NCBI GenBank assembly: GCA_963817385.1
Contig: CAWFOM010000025.1
Span: 42,845-106,844 of the forward strand
Source of the DNA: an uncultured delta proteobacterium
GTDB lineage: Bacteria; Desulfobacterota; Syntrophia; Syntrophales; UBA5619
Reading direction: 5' to 3'
Length of the DNA: 64,000 nt
Under the pieces are notes generated by a model. The model had not been told where the DNA came from and made no database searches. It was given only the letters and a program-made list of their open reading frames with translations. Shown here piece after piece: positions 51,895 to 61,598 of this stretch. The first letter of the stretch is position 1. Each line of letters starts with the position of its first letter. A program made the position numbers and the translations under genes.

Positions 51895-53601
51895 TCACGC
51901 TACCGCACGGGCGCGGGAGTTTCCGAAGGACATCTCCGTCAGCGGCGTTCCCGGCTTCACCATCGGGAAAACATTCTCCTCCGGCTCCACATGGAAGTCC
52001 ATCACTACCGGTCCGGGGGTCTCCAGCCCCTCCTTGAGCACCCGCTTCACCTCCGCGGGTTTGGTGGCTCTGAGGCCCTTAATGCCGTAGGCCTCGGCCA
52101 GCTTTACGAAGTCGGGGGCCTGGGTCATGTCGGACTGGGAGTAGCGGCGCCCATAGAAGAGCTCCTGCCACTGGCGGATCATGCCAAGGTACAGATTATT
52201 CAGGATGACGACCTTGACGGGAAGGCCGTAATGGACGATGGTCCCGAACTCCTGGATATTCATCTGGAGGCTGCCGTCTCCCGCCACATCCACGACGAGC
52301 CTATCCGGGCAGGCCACTTGGGCGCCGATCGCGGCGGGGAGTCCGAATCCCATCGCTCCGAGTCCTCCCGAGGTGAGGAAGGCATTCGGCTCGTCGAAAC
52401 GGTAAAACTGGGCCGCCCACATCTGGTTTTGACCCACCTCGGTGGCGATGATCGCCCGGCCTCCGGTGAGCTGATGGAGCTTTTCGACGACGTATTGAGG
52501 CTTGATGTTCTGGCTTCGGCAGTAGCTCAGGGGCATTTCCGCCTTCCATTGGCGGATCCGGTTGCGCCAGGCCCGGATCGGCCGCTCGGGCAGCGTCAAC
52601 CCCTGCTCGTCGACGAGGCGATGGAGGGTCTCGAGGGCCGGGGTGCAGTGGCTGACGATCGAGACATCGGTCCGGACGATCTTGTCGATGGAGACGGGAT
52701 CGATATCGATATGGACGATCTTGGCATGGGGGGCAAAGGCCTCGACCTTGGAGGTAGCGCGATCATCGAACCGGACGCCGACCGCCATCAGGAGATCGCA
52801 GTTGCTGACGGCCATGTTGGCCGAGTATGCGCCGTGCATGCCCAGCATGCCGCTCCAGAGCGGATCGCTCGCGGGAAAGGCGCCCAGCCCCATCAGGGTC
52901 GAGACGACCGGGATCTGGAGTTTCCTTGCAAAGGAGCGGAAAACGCCGGAGGCCTTTCCCAAAATCACCCCTCCCCCGACGACGATGAGCGGTTTTTTCG
53001 CCGCCATCAGCAGCTTCAGGGCTTCGCCGCAGAGCCCTTCGAGATCCGGACAGGCCTCCTCGCCGGGCGGCAGGGCGCTCGTCAGGAGATCCGCTTCCAT
53101 GACCGACTGGATCACATCCTTGGGAAGATCGACGAGGACCGGTCCCGGACGTCCCGAACGGGCGATCTGAAAAGCCTCACGGACCGTCCGATGCAGATCG
53201 CCGATCTGCCGGATGAGGAAGTTGTGCTTCGTGCAGGTCCGGGTGATGCCGGTGATGTCCACTTCCTGGAAACCGTCGTTGCCGATCATCGCCGTGGGGA
53301 CCTGCCCGGTGAGAACGACCACGGGAATCGAGTCCATATAGGCGTTGGCAATCCCGGTCACCGTGTTGGTGGCGCCGGGTCCGGAAGTGACCAGGCAGAC
53401 GCCGACCCGCCCCGATACCCGGGCGTATCCGTCGGCGGCATGGATGGCGCCCTGTTCGTGGCGCACCAGGATGTGACGGATATCCTGCCTGAAGAGCTCG
53501 TCATAGATATCCATGACGCATCCTCCCGGATAACCGAAGAGGGTATCGACGTTTTCTTCTTTCAAAGCCCTGAAAAGGATCTGCGATCCGGTCTGCTGCA
53601 T
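51895..53601 (-). CDS. ilvB: Acetolactate synthase large subunit
   Basis: FGYPGG, RHEQGA, GDGSLQMN, GMIRQWQ. Confidence 0.96.
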   Translation of the reverse strand: MQQTGSQILFRALKEENVDTLFGYPGGCVMDIYDELFRQDIRHILVRHEQGAIHAADGYARVSGRVGVCLVTSGPGATNTVTGIANAYMDSIPVVVLTGQVPTAMIGNDGFQEVDITGITRTCTKHNFLIRQIGDLHRTVREAFQIARSGRPGPVLVDLPKDVIQSVMEADLLTSALPPGEEACPDLEGLCGEALKLLMAAKKPLIVVGGGVILGKASGVFRSFARKLQIPVVSTLMGLGAFPASDPLWSGMLGMHGAYSANMAVSNCDLLMAVGVRFDDRATSKVEAFAPHAKIVHIDIDPVSIDKIVRTDVSIVSHCTPALETLHRLVDEQGLTLPERPIRAWRNRIRQWKAEMPLSYCRSQNIKPQYVVEKLHQLTGGRAIIATEVGQNQMWAAQFYRFDEPNAFLTSGGLGAMGFGLPAAIGAQVACPDRLVVDVAGDGSLQMNIQEFGTIVHYGLPVKVVILNNLYLGMIRQWQELFYGRRYSQSDMTQAPDFVKLAEAYGIKGLRATKPAEVKRVLKEGLETPGPVVMDFHVEPEENVFPMVKPGTPLTEMSFGNSRARAVA

Positions 53602-53632
53602 GGCACTGTTCCTCCTTTTGTTTTTCCCAAAT

Positions 53633-53668
53633 AAAAAAACCGTTACCAGAGCTGGTAACGGTTTTTTT
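53633..53668 (-). terminator. ilvBN attenuator terminator
   Basis: AAAAAAACCGTTACCAG-CT-CTGGTAACGGTTTTTTT. Confidence 0.85.
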
Positions 53669-53694
53669 GTTCAATCTTTTTTAAGAACAGACCA

Positions 53695-53781
53695 TCACCC
53701 AGCCCCTATGCAGGAGGGAATAATAATCCCGCTAATTATCGCGATCTGTACGGGGCCGATGCCTGTCCTGACTCTTTCCAT
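53695..53781 (-). CDS. ilv leader peptide (28 aa, Ile-rich)
   Basis: MERVRTGIGPVQIAIISGIIIPSCIGAG; RBS present; followed by antiterminator and terminator. Confidence 0.8.
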   Translation of the reverse strand: MERVRTGIGPVQIAIISGIIIPSCIGAG

Positions 53782-53853
53782 GACTATCCTTCCAAAAAAA
53801 GTGATTCACCAATAGCAATCCATTTTCATCTTGTCAAGTGGATTTTTTATTAC

Positions 53854-54408
53854 TGTCAAGAGCAAATAGACTTGTCCGGTTTGTTAGCAAATGAATTGTC
53901 CGCTTTTCTGTTCTTCAATGAAAGCCATTGGGAACAGGAGATGAGCGCCCCGCTTGACCGACTTCAAAACCAAGCCCTTCGATTGAAGCGTGTTCTTCAC
54001 CCACATGTGACTGCGCCTGCCACCATCACGCCGATACCAACTGTAAAAATGATTCACACGCCAACCTCGATGCCAACTCTGATACCGTTGAGCAATCTCC
54101 ATCACTTCATCCATCGGCGCTCGACGAAATGAGGCCTGTGTTAAGCGCTTGTCCAACAAACCTTCCGTGCCGGATTCTTCATACCTCTCAACGTACCGAC
54201 GAAACGTCCGATTACATATCCCGAGAATCATAGCAGCTTCTTCCTGGGTCAACCGACTCTCATTCCACCTTGAATACACCTCTTCAAATCGCATCTTCCG
54301 AGTCTCCTGCAGCAACTCTGTCCGTCTCATCTGTCACCTCCAACGATGACCATCCTAAACCGGACAGATTGTCTGTTACAAACCCGGACAGTTTACGTGT
54401 TACTGACA
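53854..54408 (-). mobile_element. Internally deleted IS1202-like (ISNCY) element with both ends
   Basis: TGTCA termini with two internal TGTCCG repeats at each end; transposase N-terminus inside. Confidence 0.75.
53884..54330 (-). pseudogene. Truncated transposase (HTH region only)
   Basis: LTQEEAAMILGICNRTFRRY...GLLDKRL; no DDE domain. Confidence 0.8.
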
Positions 54409-54557
54409 GAACAAGGATAATCATTGACAAAATAGATTTGACGTTTATATTACTGCCGATATTTTCAAAACTTATTTACCGGAAGTATATTCTGCGTATC
54501 CCGCGGTAAGGCGTGGGAACGCATGATGAACAAATTGGCTAAACGTTGGAGGACAAT

Positions 54558-56042
54558 ATGAATTCAGCAAAGAGCGGCAGAAAAACCTTTATCATGTTTC
54601 TTTTGGCATTTCTGATTGGTTTTTTTGTGGTGTCTGTAGTGGAGGTACTGCGTTCTTCTCTAGCACCCTCAAGCCCAGGACCCGACGTTCAAGTGGCCGC
54701 GGCGGTTTCGACCGGCGAAATATCACGCACACCGCTCTCGTTTGCTGATCTGGCCGAAAAACTCAAACCATGTGTAGTCAACATCAGCACGACAAAAACG
54801 GTCCGCGGTGGAAGATTCCGCTCCCCTTTCGGTCAAGGTATGCCTTTTGATCGTTATTTCGGCGGAGATGATTTCTTCGAGCGATTTTTCGGTGATATAC
54901 CACAGCGGGAGTTTAAACAGAAGAGTCTGGGTTCCGGATTCATCATCAGTTCTGACGGATATATCTTCACCAACAACCATGTCGTTGAACAGGCAGACAA
55001 AATCCTGGTAAAACTCTCCGACGGTAAGGAATATGAGGCAAAGGTCATCGGCAAGGACGCTAAGACGGATATCGCCTTGATCAAAGTCAAACCGACGGAG
55101 AGTCTGCCCGTCGCAGAAACGGGGGATTCCGATAAACTTCGTGTCGGTGACTGGGTCATGGCCATCGGGAACCCGTTTGGCTTGGAACAGACCGTCACCG
55201 CCGGCATTGTCAGCGCAAAGGGACGCGTCATCGGGGCCGGTCCTTATGATAATTTCATCCAGACGGACGCTTCAATCAATCCCGGCAATAGCGGCGGCCC
55301 CCTTTTCAACATGGAGGGAAAGGTCATTGGCATCAACACCGCCATCGTTGCCCAAGGTCAGGGAATCGGTTTTGCAATCCCGATCAGTATGGCTAAAACG
55401 ATTCTGCCGGATCTGAAGGCAAAAGGGAAGGTAACTCGCGGCTGGTTGGGGATCTCCGTGCAGGACATCTCCGAAGATATCGCCAAGAATATGAAGCTCA
55501 AGGACCGTAGCGGGGCGTTGGTGGCCGACGTATTCAAAGGCGACCCGGCTGACAAGGCCGGCTTGAAATCGGGGGATGTCATTACCGAGATCAACGGAAA
55601 AAAGATCAAGGATACGCATGAACTGCTCATGATGATCGCCGGATTCCGCGTGGGGGAGACGGTCAAGATCAAGATTCTCCGGGACGGCCAGGAGAAAGAT
55701 ATCAGTATCGCTGTAGCCGAACGGAAGGAGCAGGCGGAAATGGCAGCGGCCGGTGAATCCGGTCAGGCCTTCGGCATGGTCGTCCAGGAGATTACGCCGG
55801 ATATCGCTAAGCATCTGGGGCTGTCGATTAAGAAAGGGGTAATTGTCGTCGAGGTACAGGAGGGAAGTGTCGCTGATGAGGTTGGCATCCAGCCGCAGGA
55901 CATCATCCTTCAGGTGAACAAGATGAAGATCACCACCATGAAGGAATACCTCAACGAGATCGGCAAGGCCGGCGAAAAGGGCGGGATACTTCTGTTGATC
56001 AAGCGCGGGAAGTCGACATTCTTCGTGCCGCTGACAAAATAA
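54558..56042 (+). CDS. degP: HtrA/DegP-type serine endoprotease with two PDZ domains
   Basis: SLGSGFII, TNNHV, DIALI, INPGNSGGPL. Confidence 0.93.
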   Translation: MNSAKSGRKTFIMFLLAFLIGFFVVSVVEVLRSSLAPSSPGPDVQVAAAVSTGEISRTPLSFADLAEKLKPCVVNISTTKTVRGGRFRSPFGQGMPFDRYFGGDDFFERFFGDIPQREFKQKSLGSGFIISSDGYIFTNNHVVEQADKILVKLSDGKEYEAKVIGKDAKTDIALIKVKPTESLPVAETGDSDKLRVGDWVMAIGNPFGLEQTVTAGIVSAKGRVIGAGPYDNFIQTDASINPGNSGGPLFNMEGKVIGINTAIVAQGQGIGFAIPISMAKTILPDLKAKGKVTRGWLGISVQDISEDIAKNMKLKDRSGALVADVFKGDPADKAGLKSGDVITEINGKKIKDTHELLMMIAGFRVGETVKIKILRDGQEKDISIAVAERKEQAEMAAAGESGQAFGMVVQEITPDIAKHLGLSIKKGVIVVEVQEGSVADEVGIQPQDIILQVNKMKITTMKEYLNEIGKAGEKGGILLLIKRGKSTFFVPLTK

Positions 56043-56063
56043 ATACCCCTGCGGAGCAAGAAT

Positions 56064-56729
56064 GTGCGAAATGGTTATCGGAGCGAGCTGCTGAGAATCT
56101 ACGATCTGCTGAACGGGTACTTCGGCAATCTTAACTGGTGGCCCGCCGAGGGACCTTTCGAGGTCATGGTCGGGGCGATCCTGACCCAAAACACCGCTTG
56201 GATCAATGTTGAAAAAGCCATAAGAGCTTTAAAAGAAAAGCGGCTTCTATCTCCCGAAGCCATGGAGCATATCGATGAGGAAACACTGGCCAGGATCATC
56301 CAGCCCTCGGGGTACTATCGCGTCAAGGCAAAGAGACTCAAGTCTCTCGTCCAGTTTCTCCTGGAGGAGTATTCGGGAAACATCGAGACCATGTCTGCCG
56401 AGGAGTTACCCTTCCTCCGGGAAAAGCTCCTCAGCATTCGGGGCGTCGGACCCGAAACGGCTGACAGCATTCTCCTGTATGCCTGTGGGAAGCCTGTTTT
56501 CATCAGCGACGCCTATACGCAGCGGATCCTTCAGCGGCACAGTCTGATCTCGGAAGAAGCGAGCGTACAGCAGATCCGTGACCTGTTTATGACCCATCTC
56601 CCGCACGATGTCCCTCTTTTCAACCAGTTTCACGCCCTCTTGGTGTACACGGGAAAAACCTTCTGCCGAACAAAACCGCAATGCGATCCCTGCCCACTTC
56701 GCATACTGCATTCGGAAACGAATCCCTGA
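56064..56729 (+). CDS. Endonuclease III-related HhH-GPD protein
   Basis: GAILTQNT, GVGPETADSILLY, C-terminal Cys cluster. Confidence 0.88.
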   Translation: MRNGYRSELLRIYDLLNGYFGNLNWWPAEGPFEVMVGAILTQNTAWINVEKAIRALKEKRLLSPEAMEHIDEETLARIIQPSGYYRVKAKRLKSLVQFLLEEYSGNIETMSAEELPFLREKLLSIRGVGPETADSILLYACGKPVFISDAYTQRILQRHSLISEEASVQQIRDLFMTHLPHDVPLFNQFHALLVYTGKTFCRTKPQCDPCPLRILHSETNP

Positions 56730-56736
56730 GACACGA

Positions 56737-57852
56737 ATGACTTCAATTCTTAACTTGACCGATCATGTCGGTGTAATCCACCTCCACTCAGCGTATTCCT
56801 TCGACGGACGCGCGCCTGTTCCGGAGATCATCGCTGCCGCCAATAAATGCGATCTCGATTTCCTGCTCCTGACGGATCACGGAACGCTCCAGGCGCGGGA
56901 TGACGGATGGGAGGGGTGGCATGACGGTACGCTCGTCATCGTCGGCGAGGAGGTCGCGCCCCGCTTCAACCACCTGTTGGCCTTCGGTCTCGAAGAATCA
57001 ATCATGCCCGCGGCGGACTCCCCGGAGGCCGGTCCTCAGGCCTACCTTGACCGGGTTCAAGCGAACGGAGGGAGCAGCTTTATTGCCCACCCGGACCATG
57101 AAGGCACCGCCCTGTTTCACGTGAAACATTACCCCTGGACAGATTGGTCCGTCACCGGCTACACGGGCATGGGCATCTGGGATTTCATGACCGACTGGCA
57201 GAACGGTCTGACCAGCTATATGCGGGCTACCTTGAGTTATCTCTTTCCCGCCTTTTTCCTGCGCGGCCCCTCCCCGATAACCCTCGCCCGCTGGGACCGT
57301 CTGACTCAGGAGCACCGCATCGTCGGGATTGGCGAGTTGGACAACCACGACAGTCTGGTGCGAATCGTAGGGATGAAACTTGCCGTCTTTCCTTTCCAGA
57401 GGGTCTTCCGCATGATCCGGACGCATATCCTCACCACCGGTTCCCTATCCGGAAACAACCGCGCAGACATCGCCACAATTCTCGGCGCCTTGAGAAGTGG
57501 CCGAGCCTATATCGCCCTCGACCATTACCGCTCAGCGTCCGGATTCTCCCTTCTCCTGACGGAGGAAGGACGAGGCGCCACCATGGGCGATCAGTTTATC
57601 CTTAATCGCTCTGCGAATCTCAGGGTTTCCATTCCCTATAATGCATTGATACGCATTTTGAGAAACGGCACTGTTTTCCATCAGGAAACGGGTAACGATA
57701 TCTCCGTCCCTATCCGCGAACCCGGGGTCTACCGAATCGAGGCCTATCTGAGGGTTTTCAGCCGATGTCGACCCTGGATCTTTTCCAACCCCATCTACGT
57801 CGTCAAAGCGAGCACATCTCATCCGGGTCCCGATTTCCCCCCTCAGCAATAA
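56737..57852 (+). CDS. PHP-domain metallohydrolase
   Basis: HLHSAYSFDG, LTDH, AHP, DNH, WIFSNPIY. Confidence 0.85.
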   Translation: MTSILNLTDHVGVIHLHSAYSFDGRAPVPEIIAAANKCDLDFLLLTDHGTLQARDDGWEGWHDGTLVIVGEEVAPRFNHLLAFGLEESIMPAADSPEAGPQAYLDRVQANGGSSFIAHPDHEGTALFHVKHYPWTDWSVTGYTGMGIWDFMTDWQNGLTSYMRATLSYLFPAFFLRGPSPITLARWDRLTQEHRIVGIGELDNHDSLVRIVGMKLAVFPFQRVFRMIRTHILTTGSLSGNNRADIATILGALRSGRAYIALDHYRSASGFSLLLTEEGRGATMGDQFILNRSANLRVSIPYNALIRILRNGTVFHQETGNDISVPIREPGVYRIEAYLRVFSRCRPWIFSNPIYVVKASTSHPGPDFPPQQ

Positions 57853-58126
57853 CGGATGGGGAAATTTCGTGCCCGTTATGCACGGCGTGTGATTTTTGCA
57901 CATATTTTAATAAGCCAATCCCCTTAAGACTTTTCTTATATCGTTCATTTTTTTTGTGCGGTACACGCACCTTTTCACCGATCGGCTACTTTTTAAACGG
58001 TACCGAGCTTTTATCCTCTTGCAAGCGACCGTTCTTTGGAACCGGCGCCATCTTGCAACCTCTGTTAATTATTGCCCTTTTCTTTTTTAGGATCGGTAGG
58101 AGGCCAGCATCGAATTTTGCCCACAT

Positions 58127-58142
58127 TGGCACTCTTGTTGCT
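58127..58142 (+). promoter_or_regulatory. Putative sigma54 promoter
   Basis: TGGCAC-N5-TTGCT, ~130 nt upstream of the carboxyltransferase. Confidence 0.6.
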
Positions 58143-58270
58143 ATTGAATCACCTATATTGAACTTGACACGTTCGTTTTGAATACGCTATAGGGGCATAT
58201 CAAAGCGTTCAATCTTGGTAAGTAAAGCGAACAACAGAATCAATACGATTCGTCAGGAAGGAGAAAAAAG

Positions 58271-59718
58271 ATGGCAGATATAATGAAGGAGGGACCCGTC
58301 AATCCCGTTAAGATCCAGGACAACACATTGCGCGATGGCCATCAGTCCATCTACGCAACCCGTATGCGCACGGAGGACATGCTTCCCATCGCCGAGCAGA
58401 TGGACGAGATGGGCTTCTGGGCAATGGAGACATGGGGCGGCGCCACGTTCGACTCGATGCACCGCTTCCTCGGCGAGGACCCGTGGGAAAGACCGAAAAT
58501 CCTGAAGAAATATATCAAGAAAACCCCGTTCAGCATGCTCCTGCGCGGCCAGAATCTGGTCGGCTATCGCAATTACGCCGACGACGTCGTCCGGGCCTTT
58601 GTCGATAAATCGTGTGAAGTGGGCATCGACATCTTCCGGGTATTCGACGCCCTCAACGACCTCCGCAATTTCCAGACCTGCGTGGAGCGGATCAAGGCCA
58701 ACGGGAAGCATTTCCAGGGCGCCATCTGCTACTCCCTGACCCAGCCGCGCCTCGGCGGCGACGTTTTCAATCTCGACTATTTCGTGAACAAGTGTAAAGA
58801 GCTCGAGGTGATGGGCGCCGACAGCATCTGCATCAAGGATATGGCCGGGATCGTCTCTCCCTATGACATCTATGATCTCGTCACGAGCCCTGAAGAAGGT
58901 CACCAAGCTTCCCCTTCATCTCCACACCCATTACACCAGCGGCATGGCCTCCATGTCCTACCTCAAGGCGATCGAGGCGGGTGTCGATATCGTCGACACC
59001 TGTCTTGCCCCCTACGCCCTCAGGACCGCGATGCCCGCCGATTGAGCCGCTCGTCGTCACCCTGCAGGGAACGAAACGCGATACGGGCCTCGACGTGCGC
59101 AAGTTGATAAAGCTGGGCGATCATCTCGAGAAGATCGCCCCCAAGTACCAGAAGCACCTCGCCTCGAACAAGCTCTCCCTGATCGACGCGGGCGTCCTGG
59201 CCCACCAGGTCCCCGGCGGGATGATCTCCAACCTGATCAGCCAGCTCAAGGAGATGAACGCCCTGGATCGTCTCGACGAGGTCCATGCGGAGATCCCGCG
59301 GACGAGGAAGGATGCGGGGACGCCGCCCCTGGTCACCCCGACCTCGCAGATCGTCGGCGTGCAGTCGGTGATGAACGTGGTCTCCGGCCGGTACAAGATG
59401 ATCAGCAACCAGTTCGGCGACCTGATGGTCGGTCTCTACGGCAAGACCCCGACCCCGGTCGACCCGGAGGTCCAGAAGCTCGTCCTGAAGCGCAGAAAGG
59501 GCCAGGCCCCGATCACGGGAAGACCTGCCGACAACCTGGCGCCGGAGCTCGAAGAGGATAAAAAGAAGATCGGCGATCTCGCCAAGACCGATGAGGATCT
59601 CCTGATCTACGCCCTCTATCCGTCGACCGGCGAGCAGTACCTGAAATGGAAGTACGGCATAGAACCCATGCCGGACAGCGTGAAACCCCAACCCCCCGCA
59701 GAGGTCAAGGGGAAATAA
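58271..59718 (+). CDS. Pyruvate/oxaloacetate carboxyltransferase (PycB/OadA/5S-like; two frameshifts, no biotinyl domain)
   Basis: LRDGHQS, WGGATFD, IKDMAG, HTHYTSG, HQVPGGM, VTPTSQIVG. Confidence 0.9.
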
Positions 59719-59765
59719 GTCCTTAGCTTCATGACTTATCGGTGATGACCTCGCTTCCTCCACTT

Positions 59766-59798
59766 GACTGAGGCGTACTTCAACGGTACGCCTCAGTC
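59766..59798. terminator. 13-bp stem hairpin after the carboxyltransferase
   Basis: GACTGAGGCGTAC/GTACGCCTCAGTC; no U-tract. Confidence 0.45.
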
Positions 59799-59833
59799 GT
59801 CAGAGGAGCATTTCCGACGACCCGGGCCTTCCC

Positions 59834-60520
59834 ATGGTCAAAGGTCTATCCAGATTCGCCATTAAATACGGCCTGATTCCCGTCGCCTATGCGATCATCC
59901 GCCTCTATTTCTGCCTGATCCGCATCCGCTCCATCGGTGAAGATTCGATCATGCAACACCTGCATCAGGGCGGCAAGGCGATTGCCGCCATCTGGCATCA
60001 GCGGATTTTCCTCGTCGTCACCTACGCGCGGCGTTTCGGCGAATTCGCACCCTCGGTGATGATCAGCCAGAGCCGAGACGGGGATATGATCGCGGATGTC
60101 TGCCGCCGGCTCAACTTCCGCCCGGTCCGCGGATCGAGTTCCCGCGGCGGCCGGGAGGCCCTGGCAACCATGGTCGCGGACCTCGCGGAACACCCCTTCG
60201 CCGTCCATGCCGTGGACGGCCCGCAGGGCCCCCGGGGAATCATCAAGGCGGGGCTGATCAGCATGGCCCAGCTCTCCGGCGTCCCGATCGTGCCGGTTTC
60301 CATCTCCGTGAACCGGGCCTGGGTCCTCAATAGCTGGGACCGCTTCCTGATCCCGAAGCCCTTCAGTACGGTCTTCGTGCACTGGGGTACGCCGATTCCC
60401 GTTCCCGCCGCCTTGGACAATGCCGCGTTCGAGGCGCTCCGCAGGGAGGTCGAAGCAACGTTGCGGCAGATGCAGGACGATGCCGACCGGCAATGCGGCT
60501 GGCAGGCATCCCTTTTTTGA
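59834..60520 (+). CDS. DUF374 lysophospholipid acyltransferase family protein
   Basis: WHQR, SQSRDG, RGSSSRGG, DGPQGP, SWDRF. Confidence 0.9.
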   Translation: MVKGLSRFAIKYGLIPVAYAIIRLYFCLIRIRSIGEDSIMQHLHQGGKAIAAIWHQRIFLVVTYARRFGEFAPSVMISQSRDGDMIADVCRRLNFRPVRGSSSRGGREALATMVADLAEHPFAVHAVDGPQGPRGIIKAGLISMAQLSGVPIVPVSISVNRAWVLNSWDRFLIPKPFSTVFVHWGTPIPVPAALDNAAFEALRREVEATLRQMQDDADRQCGWQASLF

Positions 60521-60824
60521 GAGCCGCTCCAGACCTCCCCGCATCAAACCGCGGATCCCTCAGGACGAAACCCATTCCATTCCGTCTGAAACCCTCTCTC
60601 GAAGCCCCGCCAGAACTGCCGAAAATCGTCGATCCTTACGGAAGAGACCATTCAGTTTTCGCTCGCCGCCCGCGGCAGGCCGCAGTGTGTCCGCTTGCCG
60701 TCCGGATTAAAATCACTCTCGCTGGTTTTGTGTTATTTTGTAGTCACCCTATGAAATAAGATAATACTTGACAGTAAGACTATGATGATGTAGCCAATAA
60801 TCAAACTTGCCAAAGAGAATCTCC

Positions 60825-61514
60825 ATGACAGAAAATGGCAGAACGAAGAGCAGAAAAGACCGGATTATGGACGTCGCCCTGCGTATCTTCGCCGAAAAAG
60901 GGTTCCAGAATGCCACGATCTCCGAAATCAGCAAGGAAGCCGGCTGTTCGGAGGCTACCATCTACGAGTATTTCGGCACCAAGGAAGATCTGCTCTTCGC
61001 CATTCCCGAAAAGATCTCCAAAGAGAGCATCCAGGAAACGGACCGCGCGCTCTCCTACATCAGGGGCGCCGAGGGACGGATGCGGGCCCTGCTTCTGGCC
61101 TACGTCCGGCTCTACCAATCGAATCCCCATTATTCCGCCCTGGTCCTCCTCCAGCTCATGAACAACAAGCGGTTCCGCCAGACCCCCGCTCACGCGGCCA
61201 TCCGCCAGTCGGCTCACCGGCTGCTGGATTGCATCAAGGAGGGGATCGCCGACGGGACGTTTAAAAAGGATTCCAATCCCTATCTCATCCGCTCCATGCT
61301 TCTGGGCACGATCGAGCACCTATTCATCCATTGGCACATGCAGGGGATGCCCAAGAAAGAGACGAGCATCATGGAGATGCTCGACCCCTTCATCGAGATC
61401 GTTTTGGACGGCATCCGGGCCAACAAGGGAGAGCAGGGCCTGACCCTGTACCTGAAACGCGATGACGCCCGGGCACTCGGGGAGCTTCTTCAGGCCAAGG
61501 GGCGATTGGAATAA
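60825..61514 (+). CDS. TetR-family regulator
   Basis: FAEKGFQNATISEIS...IYEYFGTKEDL. Confidence 0.92.
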   Translation: MTENGRTKSRKDRIMDVALRIFAEKGFQNATISEISKEAGCSEATIYEYFGTKEDLLFAIPEKISKESIQETDRALSYIRGAEGRMRALLLAYVRLYQSNPHYSALVLLQLMNNKRFRQTPAHAAIRQSAHRLLDCIKEGIADGTFKKDSNPYLIRSMLLGTIEHLFIHWHMQGMPKKETSIMEMLDPFIEIVLDGIRANKGEQGLTLYLKRDDARALGELLQAKGRLE

Positions 61515-61598
61515 GACCTGGAGTAAATGGCCGGGAAATCTCCCCGGCCGGTAAAACCTATCCGGAACAATCATCAGTAACCAGAAAGGGGGAACACC

